Source: an uncultured Chloroflexia bacterium
GTDB lineage: Bacteria > Chloroflexota > Anaerolineae > CG2-30-64-16
Assembly (NCBI GenBank): GCA_963810095.1
Contig: CAWEMM010000008.1
Coordinates: 64,001-128,000 of the forward strand
Direction of reading: 5' to 3'
DNA: 64,000 nt
Shown: positions 51,184 to 62,731 of the stretch, in pieces
How the letters are laid out: each line of letters opens with the position of its first letter
Numbering within the stretch: position 1 is the first letter of the stretch
The notes under the pieces: model-generated
Told to the model about the DNA's origin: nothing
The model's input: the letters and a program-made list of their open reading frames with translations, nothing else
The model's database searches: none
Translations under genes and position numbers: made by a program

Positions 51184-51570
51184 ATGGACACGATCACATT
51201 GCAGGAACGACGTAACACCCAGGACGAAGAGCGGCTGGTGCAGATGTTGAAAGCGCTGGGCAATCCCATCCGCTTTCGGATCATGCAGACGCTGGCCGAG
51301 CGCAAGACGTGCATTACGCAGGAGATCGTCGACACCACGCCGCTCGCCCAGTCCACTGTCAGCCAGCATCTGAAAGTGCTACGCGAGGCTGGGCTGATCG
51401 ACGGCGAGACCGAGGGGCCGGCGACCTGCTACTGCCTCAGCGAGTCGGGCATCCGGTGGCTTAAGGAACAGATCGAAGGCTGGTTGCCAGGCTGCTGCAC
51501 CCCGAGCACTGGCAGGGTGCGCGACTTCGCGCCGGTGGACATCAAGGCGGCGAGCGGCTGCTGCAGCTGA
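51184..51570 (+). CDS. arsR: ArsR regulator with Cys-rich C-terminus
   Basis: GNPIRFRI, QSTVSQHLKVLREAGL, TCYC, GCC and GCCS. Confidence 0.9.
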   Translation: MDTITLQERRNTQDEERLVQMLKALGNPIRFRIMQTLAERKTCITQEIVDTTPLAQSTVSQHLKVLREAGLIDGETEGPATCYCLSESGIRWLKEQIEGWLPGCCTPSTGRVRDFAPVDIKAASGCCS

Positions 51571-51656
51571 GCTACTCCGGCTTGACGGTGCTATTTTTTT
51601 GAGGTCAATCATCGTAATTAGCCGATGAAATCCAACCAAGATAGGGAGATCGCATC

Positions 51657-53165
51657 ATGACGACCATGAGCGTAACGGGCAAGGCCACTATGCCTCGGGC
51701 TTCAGCCGAGTACTTCGAACGGGTGGCGGGCGAGTGGGACAGCCTGCGCAGTGGCTACTTCGGGGAGGCCGTGCGAGACGCGGCGATTGCGCGGTCATAC
51801 CTGCGGCCAGAGATGGTCGTGGCCGACATCGGCTCGGGCACCGGGTTCATGGCAGCAGGGCTCGCGCCACTGGTCGCCAAGGTCTACGCGGTCGATGGCT
51901 CGGAGGCGATGCTCGAGGTGGCGCGCGAGAAGCTGGCGAGCTTCGGTAATGTAGAGCTGCAACTGGCCGATGGCGCGACGCTGCCGTTTGACGACGCGGC
52001 GCTGGATGCGGTCTTCGCGAACATGTACCTGCACCACTGCCCCGATCCACAAGCAGCTATCACCGAGATGGTGCGGGTGCTCAAGCCCGGCGGCCGCCTG
52101 GTGATCACGGACATGGACCAGCATGAGCACACCTGGCTGCGCGACGAAATGGCGGACGTCTGGCTGGGCTTCGCGCGGCAGGACCTGCGAGCGTGGTTCC
52201 GGACGGCGGGATTAGTGAACATCATCGTCGACCGCACCGGCGAGACCTGCAGTTCAAAGTCGACGAGCTGTGCAGGGGAAGGCATGGCGGATATCAGCAT
52301 CTTCGTTGCTACCGGCAGCCGGCGGGTGAGCGGTGCAAAGGACGCGGTGCAGGAGAATTACGGCGCGCTGGCGGTCAACGGGGGGTGCTGTGGCTCGACC
52401 TCATCGCAGAGCAGCTGCTGCTCGACGTCGGACAGCGGCTCGCCAGCGAGCGGCTCGCCAGCGAGCAATTGCTGTTCTCCCGCTTCGAACGCTATGGAAC
52501 TGGTCGAAGCCGGAGACCCGGACCTGGTCCTGTGGGAGACGGGGTACACCGCCGAGCAGATCAGCCTGGTGCCCGCCGAGGCGGTGAATCTCTCGCTAGG
52601 GTGCGGCAATCCGACGGCGATGGCATCGTTGAAGCCGGGCGAGACGGTACTGGATATCGGGAGTGGCGCGGGGATCGACGCCTTCTATGCAGCCAAGCGT
52701 GTTGGACCTGAAGGGCATGTGATTGGACTGGACATGACGCCGGCCATGATCGAGCGGGCGGAGCGATCCGCAGAGGAAGCGGGGCTGACGCAGGTCGAGT
52801 TTCGGCTCGGCCAGGCGGAAGAGATGCCGGTCGAGGATGGAACGGTTGACGTGATCCTGTCCAACTGCGTCATCAACCTCGCTGAGGACAAAGGCCGGGT
52901 CTTTGAAGAGGCGCACCGGGTACTAAAGTCGGGCGGGCGGTTGAGCATCAGCGACATGGTCACCGCCGGGCCGCTGCCGATGAGCCTTCGGAGCGATCCT
53001 GAGATGTGGGCGGGGTGTATCAATGGCGCCCTGCCCGAACGGGAGTATCTGGACCTGGTGCGGCAGGCCGGGTTTGTCGATGTGGTTGGGACGCGGAGCT
53101 TGAGCGGGGGCGAGTTGGAGGGTATCGAGGTGTACAGCCTGGGGGTCTCGGGGAGGAAGGGATAA
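51657..53165 (+). CDS. arsM: arsenite S-adenosylmethionine methyltransferase with an extra N-terminal methyltransferase domain
   Basis: C-terminal SLGCGNP, DIGSGAG, SNCVINL and WAGCI; N-terminal DIGSGTG and NMYLHH; Cys-rich linker. Confidence 0.9.
   Translation: MTTMSVTGKATMPRASAEYFERVAGEWDSLRSGYFGEAVRDAAIARSYLRPEMVVADIGSGTGFMAAGLAPLVAKVYAVDGSEAMLEVAREKLASFGNVELQLADGATLPFDDAALDAVFANMYLHHCPDPQAAITEMVRVLKPGGRLVITDMDQHEHTWLRDEMADVWLGFARQDLRAWFRTAGLVNIIVDRTGETCSSKSTSCAGEGMADISIFVATGSRRVSGAKDAVQENYGALAVNGGCCGSTSSQSSCCSTSDSGSPASGSPASNCCSPASNAMELVEAGDPDLVLWETGYTAEQISLVPAEAVNLSLGCGNPTAMASLKPGETVLDIGSGAGIDAFYAAKRVGPEGHVIGLDMTPAMIERAERSAEEAGLTQVEFRLGQAEEMPVEDGTVDVILSNCVINLAEDKGRVFEEAHRVLKSGGRLSISDMVTAGPLPMSLRSDPEMWAGCINGALPEREYLDLVRQAGFVDVVGTRSLSGGELEGIEVYSLGVSGRKG
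52434..52466 (+). repeat. 15-bp in-frame tandem duplication (SGSPA x2)
   Basis: AGCGGCTCGCCAGCG repeated twice in the ArsM linker. Confidence 0.8.
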
Positions 53166-53352
53166 AGCGAGCGTTTCCCCGAGCGGCCGATCCTGCTCGT
53201 AACGACAAAGCGGGCGCCCGTCCTGATGACTGACTGCCCGTTGTTGCCCAAACTCATTGTCAGCACACAACTGGCGCGGCAGAGGGATTGACCCGCGCTA
53301 GTCGTAGTGCTATGATTTGCACAGGCGTAGGCTAACGCTGAAAGGAGATGGC

Positions 53353-53571
53353 ATGATGAAACGTCTTCAGAAAGCGATGCGGCCGGGCTACATTGAGGAC
53401 ACGCTGCAGGCGTGGGAGGACATGCGGGCCGAGGTCCTGCATGAGATCCAGGATGGCGGGCCGGTGCGGGAAGAACGGGTCGAGGCGGCCAGCGATATCG
53501 CGGCACATGTATTCCCGTGGGTGCTCGCCGAGCCGCAATCCGCTCGTCCAAGTCATGCTCACCGAAGGTAG
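53353..53571 (+). CDS. hypothetical protein
   Basis: AAGGAG RBS; no recognisable motif. Confidence 0.35.
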   Translation: MMKRLQKAMRPGYIEDTLQAWEDMRAEVLHEIQDGGPVREERVEAASDIAAHVFPWVLAEPQSARPSHAHRR

Positions 53572-53624
53572 CTAGATCAAGCACGGGGGCCAGTGCAGGT
53601 CTGACCAGGCGCACAACCGTATAA

Positions 53625-53673
53625 GGGGATGAGGCTCCCCGGGGTTATAGACCCAGAACGTCGCAAGACTGAT

Positions 53674-53682
<9 letters not shown>
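53625..53682 (+). ncRNA. fluoride (crcB-motif) riboswitch 1
   Basis: GGGGATGAGGCTCCCC...AAC GTC-GCAA-GAC TGATAGCCTCTAC with the GAGGC/GCCTC pseudoknot; upstream of eno...crcB. Confidence 0.9.
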
Positions 53683-55033
<1,351 letters not shown>

Positions 55034-55039
55034 GTGCCC

Positions 55040-55660
55040 ATGACGCGCTTCGTCCTGGTTCGGCACGGTCAGACGGAGTGGAACCGGGTCGAACGGTTCC
55101 GCGGACGGGCCGATGTGCCGTTGAACGACGCCGGGCTGGCGCAGGCGGAGGCGACCGGGCGGCGGGTGGCCGAGGAATGGCAGCCCGCCGCCGTGTACGC
55201 CAGTCCGCTTAGCCGGGCATACGTGACGGCGGAAGCGATTAGCGTACGCTGCGGCCTGCCGGTGGCGCCGTTGGCCGGCGTGATCGATATCGATTACGGG
55301 GAGTGGCAGGGACTGACGCCCGAGGAGGTCGCCGCCCGCTGGCCAGACCTGCTGCACGCCTGGTATACCGCGCCGCAGACGGTGCAGGTCCCCGGCGGTG
55401 AGTCGCTGGCGGGACTGCGCGAGCGGGCCATGCGGTCTCTTTGTGAGCTGGTGGACCGGCACCGTGACGAGACAGTCGCGGTCGTGAGCCACACGGTGGT
55501 CAACCGGGTGATCCTGTTGGGCATCCTCGGGCTGGGCAATGAACGGTTTTGGCGGCTGCGGCAGGACAACTGCGCAATCAATGTGTTCGACGCGGACGCC
55601 AGCGATTTCACGCTGGTGACACTAAACGATACCAGCCATCTGCGCTGCGCTGAGAAATGA
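55040..55660 (+). CDS. histidine phosphatase (GpmB/CobC-like)
   Basis: RHGQT, SPLSRA, GES and VSH. Confidence 0.9.
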   Translation: MTRFVLVRHGQTEWNRVERFRGRADVPLNDAGLAQAEATGRRVAEEWQPAAVYASPLSRAYVTAEAISVRCGLPVAPLAGVIDIDYGEWQGLTPEEVAARWPDLLHAWYTAPQTVQVPGGESLAGLRERAMRSLCELVDRHRDETVAVVSHTVVNRVILLGILGLGNERFWRLRQDNCAINVFDADASDFTLVTLNDTSHLRCAEK

Positions 55661-55682
55661 GCCGCCGCGCACCTGGAACGAG

Positions 55683-56234
55683 GTGACCGTGAATAACTTA
55701 TGGCTTGAGCTGCGCATGGGGCCGAAAGCGCCTGATATCGTATATGCCATCGTCGAGTCGCCCAAGGGCCAGCGGAACAAGACGGAGTATAACATCAACA
55801 GTGGTGCGCTCGTGTTGAGCCGCACGCTCGCCTCGTCGCTGCACTACCCGGGCGACTATGGGCTCATCCCGCAGACCTTCTTCGAAGATGGTGAGCCCAT
55901 GGACATCCTGACCATGACCGGCGAGCCGACTTTCCCCGGCTGCGTCATCCAGGCGCGCCCCGTGGGCATTCTGCGACTGATGGACGCCGGCCATCACGAC
56001 GACAAGGTGCTGGCGGTGGCTGCCACGGACCCACTCTTCGCCGAGTACCAGGCGCTGAAGGACATCCCCCCTCACTTCCTGCGCGAGGTGCAGCACTTCT
56101 TCGAGACGTACAAAGACCTGGAGGGCGGCAAGCGCGCGCAGGCGATGGGGTGGGAGGACGCGGCGGCGGCCAAGGAGGCCATCCTGCGCGCCCACCAGGT
56201 GTTCTTGGAGCGTTTCAGTCTGAAGGGCCTGTAG
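55683..56234 (+). CDS. ppa: family I inorganic pyrophosphatase (variant motif)
   Basis: YPGDYGLIPQT, DGEPMD, DDKV and FFETYKDLE. Confidence 0.9.
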   Translation: MTVNNLWLELRMGPKAPDIVYAIVESPKGQRNKTEYNINSGALVLSRTLASSLHYPGDYGLIPQTFFEDGEPMDILTMTGEPTFPGCVIQARPVGILRLMDAGHHDDKVLAVAATDPLFAEYQALKDIPPHFLREVQHFFETYKDLEGGKRAQAMGWEDAAAAKEAILRAHQVFLERFSLKGL

Positions 56235-56322
56235 GACAGCGGCATCGTAGGGCGCCTGAGAGACGAGCCTATGAGCCGCGAGCGCCTGGTGTGGAGGCGT
56301 GCAGCAATGCAGAGGGGAGTGC

Positions 56323-56697
56323 ATGACGAGGTTCCTGTTGATTGGCCTGGGCGGCATGGTGGGCGCGAATGTGCGCTACTGGCTGCAGCAATGGGCTGCC
56401 AACCGCTGGGGTGCGGCGTTTCCCTATGGGACGTTGATCATCAATGTGAGCGGGAGTTTCATCCTCGGTTTCTTCATCGTATTGGTCACCGACCGGCTCG
56501 CGGTCTCGCCCAACTGGCGTTACCTGATTGCGGTCGGGCTGTTAGGCGGCTACACGACCTTTTCGTCGTTCACGGTCGAAACGCTTACGCTGGCCGGGAG
56601 CGGGCGCCTGCTGCCCGCGTTGTTGTATCTGGGCGGCAATGTGGGGCTTGGCCTCATCTTCGCCTATCTTGGCATGGCACTGGCACGGGCGCTTTAG
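56323..56697 (+). CDS. crcB: fluoride channel Fluc/CrcB
   Basis: GANVRY, GTLIINVSGSF and GLLGGYTTFSSF. Confidence 0.95.
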   Translation: MTRFLLIGLGGMVGANVRYWLQQWAANRWGAAFPYGTLIINVSGSFILGFFIVLVTDRLAVSPNWRYLIAVGLLGGYTTFSSFTVETLTLAGSGRLLPALLYLGGNVGLGLIFAYLGMALARAL

Positions 56698-56749
56698 GAG
56701 CGCCTGCGAGCGGAGCACGCGCTCCTGGCAGAGCGTTCGGAGGTGCGAG

Positions 56750-58026
56750 ATGGAAATCGTCGGGACTGCCAAGAAAGTGACGGTATACATCGGCGAGAGC
56801 GACCGCTGGGCCGGTAAGCCGTTGTACATGGCGATCTTGGAGGTGCTCAAGGCGGCCGACTGCGCGGGGGCAACAGTAACGCGAGGCGTCGCAGGTTTCG
56901 GCGCGCACAGCCGCATCCGGACCGCAACCATCGTCGACCTGTCGCCCGACCTGCCCCTCATCGTGGAGTGGGTCGACGACCCGGGGCGGGTCGAGCGTGT
57001 CATGCCGAAGCTGATCGAGATGGTCGCCGAAGGCATGATCACCTGCTCGGAGGTCGAGGTGCATGACTTACGGGCATCGCGAGCTGCGCCGGCTGCGGGC
57101 CTCGGCGCCGGTGCATGACTTGATGAGTCGCGAGGTCCGTTCTGTGCGGCCAGACACGAGCGTGGCGGATGCCGTAGAGATGCTGATCGGCAAGGCCTAT
57201 AAGGCGCTCCCCGTCGTCGACGATGAGCGCCGCGTGGTCGGGATCCTCACGGACGGCGACGTGCTGCGGCGATTGGGACTCCCGGCTGCTGGCGTGCAGT
57301 CGGCACTGACGCGCGCGGAGCTCGGCCGGGAGCTCGAGGCGCTGCGCCACAGCGGGCAGACGGTCAAGGATATCATGGTGAGCCCGGTGGTAACGACCAC
57401 GGAGGATGCGCCAATCGCCCAGGCCGTCAAAGTGATGACACAGCGGGGCATCAAGCGGCTGCTGGTCGTGGATCGGGACGGCCGGCTCATCGGCGTGGTC
57501 AGCCGGGTCGACGTGCTCCGTGCGTTAGCTCAGCCGGCCGTGGCGGAGGCCCCCCAAGCCGAGGTGCGGCCGGGGCACCACGTCCAGGTACGCGACGTGA
57601 TGGTGACGGAAGTGCCAAAGGTGCACGTCGATGCTGGGCTCAACAAAGTCGTGGACCTGCTGGTCAGCTCGGCCGAGCGCCGCATCGTGGTGGTGGATAC
57701 GGATGAACGGGTACTGGGCATCATCACGGACGGCGATCTGATCAAGCGCGCCAGCGGGACCGAACGCAGCGGGTTGCTGGGCGCCCTGAGCCGCCGGCTT
57801 AGCAGTGCAGAGGGAGTCAACCTTGCCGCTCGGACCGCGGGCGAGGTGATGACGGCTAACCCCGTCACGGTGACACCCGAAACCCGCCTGTTGGATGCCC
57901 TGCAATTGCTCTTGCGCGCACAAGGTCAAGCGTTTGCCTGTCGTGGACGACACGGGGCGGCTCGTGGGTCTCGTCGGTCGGGGCGAGATACTGCAGGCGC
58001 TCGCTTCCGAGCTGCCTGAGGAGTGA
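56750..58026 (+). CDS. DUF190 (PII-like) domain fused to four CBS domains (frameshifts near 57060 and 57918)
   Basis: YIGESD..AGATVTRGVAGFG..DLPLIVEWVD followed by four CBS repeats. Confidence 0.8.
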
Positions 58027-58027
58027 C

Positions 58028-58471
58028 GTGCTCAACACGGCGCAGCGCGCGGCGATCACGATCGGCCTGCGCGCCTTCGAGATGCACTTGCACGAGATCG
58101 CGCGCTGGCTGCGAGGCGCACCGGATGCCGGCGTTCTGTTTTGGGAGCACCTTGATTTCAGCGACGAGGTGCGCATACAGGCCGAGGAGCAAGTTGCGGC
58201 TGCGCTTGCCCTGGTCGCGGAGCTGGCCCAGCGTTTTGAACTGGAACGGACCCCAATCGACCTGGGGGCGAAGATCACGGGCATGATGAGCGTCGACTGG
58301 GCCGACCTGGTGGACCTGCAGGCGAGCAAACTGCGGCGCTACGGCGGGGTAGCGGCTGAATTGAGTGGTTTGCTGGACGCCGATGTCGAACGACTCGCGG
58401 ACACGGCGAAGGAGCTGGCAAAGCTCAGAGGGGCTCCGAGCGGACACGGGGCGGCAGAAGTAGATGGCTGA
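58028..58471 (+). CDS. hypothetical protein
   Basis: In-operon ORF; WADL..L....LRRYG.V motif. Confidence 0.6.
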   Translation: MLNTAQRAAITIGLRAFEMHLHEIARWLRGAPDAGVLFWEHLDFSDEVRIQAEEQVAAALALVAELAQRFELERTPIDLGAKITGMMSVDWADLVDLQASKLRRYGGVAAELSGLLDADVERLADTAKELAKLRGAPSGHGAAEVDG

Positions 58472-59144
58472 GCAGGACACGCTATTCCACGAAATCTTGG
58501 ACGCGCTCAAGGCGGGTGGCTGCCCGATATGCCGGCTGGGACACCGTGCGCGCGACGCGCTACATCGACACGCTCAACTACGAGGGCGTCAACGATCCGG
58601 GCCTGCGCGAGAGCCTCCGCAAGTCGCGCGGGCTCTGCAACCGGCATGCGTGGGAATGGTCGCATGTGCGCGGCAGCCCGCTGGGTGTTGCCATCGTTTA
58701 CCAGAACCTGGTCCGGGACCTGGCCGAGGTGGTCGCGAACGGCAAGGCTCGCTACCAGAGCAAGGCCATGGCCGTCGAGGAGTCGGGGGGCCGCTGGCTC
58801 CTGCGGCACGCTGTCCAGCCTGCGTGGCCGAAGACGATGCAGGCGACCGTTATGCGACGACGCTGCTAGAAGTACCTCGAAGGCCGGAGATCGACGAGGT
58901 GTACGTCAGATCGGGCGGACTGTGTCTGCTACACTTACGGGTGGCCGTCAACTTAGCGGACGTCGGGCAGATCACGAAACTGGCGAACTGGCAGGCGGCC
59001 GTGTATCGCGGGCTGGACGAGCAGCTCGGCGAGTTCATCCGCAAGCACGACTACCGGTTCGCGGGCGAGCCGATGGAGGCAGAGAAAGACTCGTGGACGC
59101 GCGCCGTGGCGGCAATCGCGGGCCAGGAGGAAGACGTGCGTTAG
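58464..59144 (+). CDS. DUF6062-like Cys/His protein (internal frameshifts)
   Basis: CPIC, GLCNRH, CPAC, GLCLLH and FIRKHDYRF. Confidence 0.7.
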   Translation: MAEQDTLFHEILDALKAGGCPICRLGHRARDALHRHAQLRGRQRSGPAREPPQVARALQPACVGMVACARQPAGCCHRLPEPGPGPGRGGRERQGSLPEQGHGRRGVGGPLAPAARCPACVAEDDAGDRYATTLLEVPRRPEIDEVYVRSGGLCLLHLRVAVNLADVGQITKLANWQAAVYRGLDEQLGEFIRKHDYRFAGEPMEAEKDSWTRAVAAIAGQEEDVR

Positions 59145-59209
59145 CAGGGCGGCTGGCGGCATGCTCGCCTTGCTTACATCAATGAATACATTGTCTACAA
59201 GGAGCTTGC

Positions 59210-59644
59210 ATGACTTCCTTTCCAACCTGGTTCGTCTGGGCGCTTTTATCCGCCGTCTTCGCGGCGTTCACCGCCATCTTCGCAAAGATTGGCATTAAAG
59301 GCGTAGATTCAGACTTGGCTACGCTCGTGCGAACTGCAGTCATCATTGTCCTGTTGGCGGGCTTCGTTTGGGCAACTGGGAAGTGGAGTAACCCGCTTAC
59401 ACTCCCGCACAAGACCTTGCTATTTCTTGGACTGTCCGGCCTTGCCACTGGAGCTTCCTGGGTTTGCTATTTCCGCGCGCTCCAGATCGGAGATGCTTCG
59501 AAGGTCGCTCCCGTAGACAAGCTGAGCTTGGTGCTCGTCGCCATTTTTGCTTTCGCGTTGCTCGGCGAACGGCCAACACTCCGCGAATGGACGGGCATTG
59601 CGATGGTCGCGGGCGGCGTGCTTGTGCTCGCGCTTAAGAGATGA
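59210..59644 (+). CDS. EamA/DMT small transporter
   Basis: AIFAKIG..VDSDLATLVR and ASKVAPVDKLS. Confidence 0.85.
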   Translation: MTSFPTWFVWALLSAVFAAFTAIFAKIGIKGVDSDLATLVRTAVIIVLLAGFVWATGKWSNPLTLPHKTLLFLGLSGLATGASWVCYFRALQIGDASKVAPVDKLSLVLVAIFAFALLGERPTLREWTGIAMVAGGVLVLALKR

Positions 59645-59746
59645 GGCGAAGGGGACCTCCTGCGGTCATTGGGCAGACCGATCGTGAGCAGAACCCCAGC
59701 GTTTTGATGTTTGCGCCTTAGGTGCTAAGATGCGCCCAACTGAATA

Positions 59747-59805
59747 GGGATGAGGCTCCCGGCCGGGGCGAACGCTCCGGTTGTCGCAAGACTGATAGCC
59801 TCTAC
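59747..59805 (+). ncRNA. fluoride riboswitch 2
   Basis: GGGATGAGGCTCCC...GTC-GCAA-GAC TGATAGCCTCTAC; extended -10 TGcTAAGAT just upstream. Confidence 0.88.
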
Positions 59806-59838
59806 CAGTGCGCTACGGCACTGGTAGAGGCTTTTTTG
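59797..59838 (+). terminator. riboswitch terminator
   Basis: AGCCTCTACCAGTGC-GCTACG-GCACTGGTAGAGGCT followed by TTTTT. Confidence 0.85.
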
Positions 59839-59872
59839 TTGTTTAGGGTTGGATCGGATCGTGAGGCGAGGC

Positions 59873-61099
59873 ATGAGCGACGATGTCGACGGAATGGCGG
59901 AGAAGGTTCCGGCGGACGCGTGGCTGAACCGCAACGTGGTCGGCATGGCGCTGGCCAGCTTCTTCAGCGACGCGGGGCACGAGATGGCGACCGCGGTGCT
60001 GCCATTGTTCCTGGTAGCAATCGGCGCACCGGCCGCAGCGCTCGGTGCGATCGAAGGCGTGGCGGACGCCGTCTCCTCCTTCGTGAAGCTGGGCTCAGGC
60101 TGGCTTAGCGACCAACTCGGGCGCCGCAAGCCGATCGCCGTTACGGGGTACGTGCTAACCGGCGTGACGACAGGATTGTTCGCGCTGACAACTACATGGC
60201 CGCAGGTGTTGGTGGTGCGAGCCGCTGGCTGGTTCGGCCGCGGCATGCGCGGTCCAGTGCGCGATGCGATGCTGGCAGATTCGGTTCCTGATGCGGCGCG
60301 CGGTCGGGCCTTCGGCTTCCACCGAGCCGGCGATACACTGGGCGCTATCGTCGGACCGTTGCTCGCCCTGCTCATGCTGCGACTGTTGGGCGGGCGCGAG
60401 ACGCCGGAAACGACCTACCGCCAGATCTTCTGGCTGACTCTCATCCCTGGTCTGCTGGCTGCACTCGCATTCGCAACCTTAGTGAAGGAACAGCGGCGGA
60501 CGGGCAACGGCAAGTTCAACCTGTTCCATGCAATCGGACGGCTCCCGACGCCCTTTCGACGATTCCTCCTTGGGGTAGGGATATTCGGAGCAGGCGACTT
60601 CGCACACAGCTTGCTGACACTCCGCGCCGCGACCATGCTGGCGCCGTCGCTCGGCGTAAACCAAGCTGGCCAGGTCGCAATCGGCCTCTACGCAGTGCAC
60701 AACATCGTCTACGCTGCGCTGTCTTACCCAATAGGCTCGCTCGGAGACCGCATCGGCAAGCGAGGCCTCCTCGCCTTTGGCTACAGCCTCGCGGGCGTAA
60801 TGGCGCTCGGCTGGATCTTCGCCGTGCCCTCAGTCTGGTACCTCGGCGTGTTGTTTGCGCTCGGCGGGGCGTTCATCGCGGCCGAGGATACGCTCGAAGG
60901 CGCGCTGGCCGGAGATCTGCTGCCGGTTGACGTGCGCGGCACGGGCTACGGCGTTCTGGCCACCGTGAACGGCGCTGGGGACTTCCTGTCGAGCCTGCTC
61001 GTCGGCCTGTTGTGGTCGGCCGTGAGCCCTGCCGCCGGCTTTGCTTATGCAGGTGTGCTGGCTCTTATCGGGGCGACCATCGTGTTTCGAGTGCGATAG
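59873..61099 (+). CDS. MFS transporter
   Basis: GWLSDQLGRRK, GRAFGFHRAGD and GSLGDRIGKR; about 12 TM helices. Confidence 0.9.
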   Translation: MSDDVDGMAEKVPADAWLNRNVVGMALASFFSDAGHEMATAVLPLFLVAIGAPAAALGAIEGVADAVSSFVKLGSGWLSDQLGRRKPIAVTGYVLTGVTTGLFALTTTWPQVLVVRAAGWFGRGMRGPVRDAMLADSVPDAARGRAFGFHRAGDTLGAIVGPLLALLMLRLLGGRETPETTYRQIFWLTLIPGLLAALAFATLVKEQRRTGNGKFNLFHAIGRLPTPFRRFLLGVGIFGAGDFAHSLLTLRAATMLAPSLGVNQAGQVAIGLYAVHNIVYAALSYPIGSLGDRIGKRGLLAFGYSLAGVMALGWIFAVPSVWYLGVLFALGGAFIAAEDTLEGALAGDLLPVDVRGTGYGVLATVNGAGDFLSSLLVGLLWSAVSPAAGFAYAGVLALIGATIVFRVR

Positions 61100-61152
61100 G
61101 CGAGGAGAAACCAGATGGACGCCAAAGGCGGAATGAATTCGGAGGTTGCTTG

Positions 61153-62731
61153 ATGGCCGTCAGCGTGCCAGAGACTCGGATCAGCACGTCCAAGACGGCG
61201 TTCTGTAGCGTCCTGTTTCTGCGACCCGAGGATAGGACCGAGAGCGAGACGCGCGAGGAGCCGGCCTGCTTCGGCGATCTGAACCTCGACCAGGTCGTCG
61301 ATGCCGTGACAATCGGCAAGCAGGGCTATGACCTCAAACGCTTCTACTATACGCCCTTGCACGACGTGGACGCGATCCAGTACCGCCACGAGGTCATGCA
61401 GGACCTCGAACGCCGGACGCTGTTCGAGAAGATCGAGGAGTTCGCGCGCCGGATGCGGACCATGCGCGAGCATCTCAAGCAGGCCGAGAAGCTGTATTAC
61501 AAGCTGCAGAAGCAGCGCTGGTTCCTGGATGCGGTGAATACGTCTATTGCAGCGCCGTCCAGCCGCCTGGCCGAGGACCTGGCCGCGGAGAATCCGCAGT
61601 CGCGCGGGTTTGGAGCCCTGCGCGCCCACCTCGACGCGTACGTAGCCGGCGAACCTTTCCAGGTGCTCGCGGGCGAACTGCACGAGCTGCTCTCAGGCCT
61701 GGCCGGCGTGCGCTATGCGTTCGTGCTCAAGGGCCAGACGGTGAGCGTGCGGAAGTACGAGGAGGAGACCGACTACAGCGCCGAAGTGCTGCGGACTTTC
61801 GAGCGGTTCAAGCAGGGCGCGGTCAAGGAGTACCTGGCCGAATTTCGCGAGCCAGTGGACATGAACCACGTCGAAGCACAGGTGCTCGAGTTGGTCGCCC
61901 GGCTCTACTCTGACCTCTTTGGTCGCATCGAGAGTTACTGCACCCGGCACGTCGATTTTATCGACGAGGTGCTTGGCGTCTTCGACCGCGAGGTGCAGTT
62001 CTATATCGGGTACATCGACTTCATGCGGTCGTTGCAGCGGCGGGGCTTGCGGTTCTGCTACCCGGTCGTGTCGGCTGACAGCAAGGCTGTATCCAGCCGT
62101 GAAGGGTTCGACGTGGCGCTTGCGCGCAAGCTGGCGGGCGAAGAAGCGAACGTGGTCTGCAACGACTTCAGCATGCAGGGGGTGGAGCGGGTATTCGTGG
62201 TATCGGGGCCGAACCAGGGTGGGAAGACCACGTTTGCCGCGGGCTTTCGGCCAGCTGCACTACCTCGCCAGCATCGGCTGTCCCGTGCCGGGCCGAGAAG
62301 CCCACCTCTACCTGTTCGATCAGCTCTTGACGCACTTCGAACAGGAGGAGAACCTCACTAACCTGCGCGGCAAACTGGAAGACGAACTGGTGCGCATCCA
62401 TGAAATCCTCCAAGCGGCGACGCCGCGCAGCATCGTGATCATGAACGAGATCTTCACGTCGACGACGCTGCAGGACGCGGTCTTCCTGGGCGAGCGGGTC
62501 ATGCAGCGCATCCTCGACCTGGATCTCCTGTGCGTCTGCGTGACCTTCATCGACGAGCTGGCTGCGCTGAGCGACAAGATCGTCAGCATGGTCAGCACCG
62601 TGACGCCGGAGAACCCGAGCATGCGGACCTACAAGATCGTGCGGCGGCGGGCCGACGGGCTCGCGTACGCGATTTCGATCGCCGAAAAGCATCGCTTGAC
62701 CTACGAAGCGTTGAAGGAGCGCCTCGCGACC
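61153..62731 (+). CDS. MutS-related ATPase A (domain V type, no mismatch-binding domain; frameshift near 62240)
   Basis: [36 protein letters not shown] and VTFIDEL. Confidence 0.85.

Noticed and set aside
53341-53365. GGAGATGGCAT resembles the start of a third fluoride riboswitch
   Set aside because: No P1 complement or TGAT..CTAC segment follows; it is an RBS plus ATG
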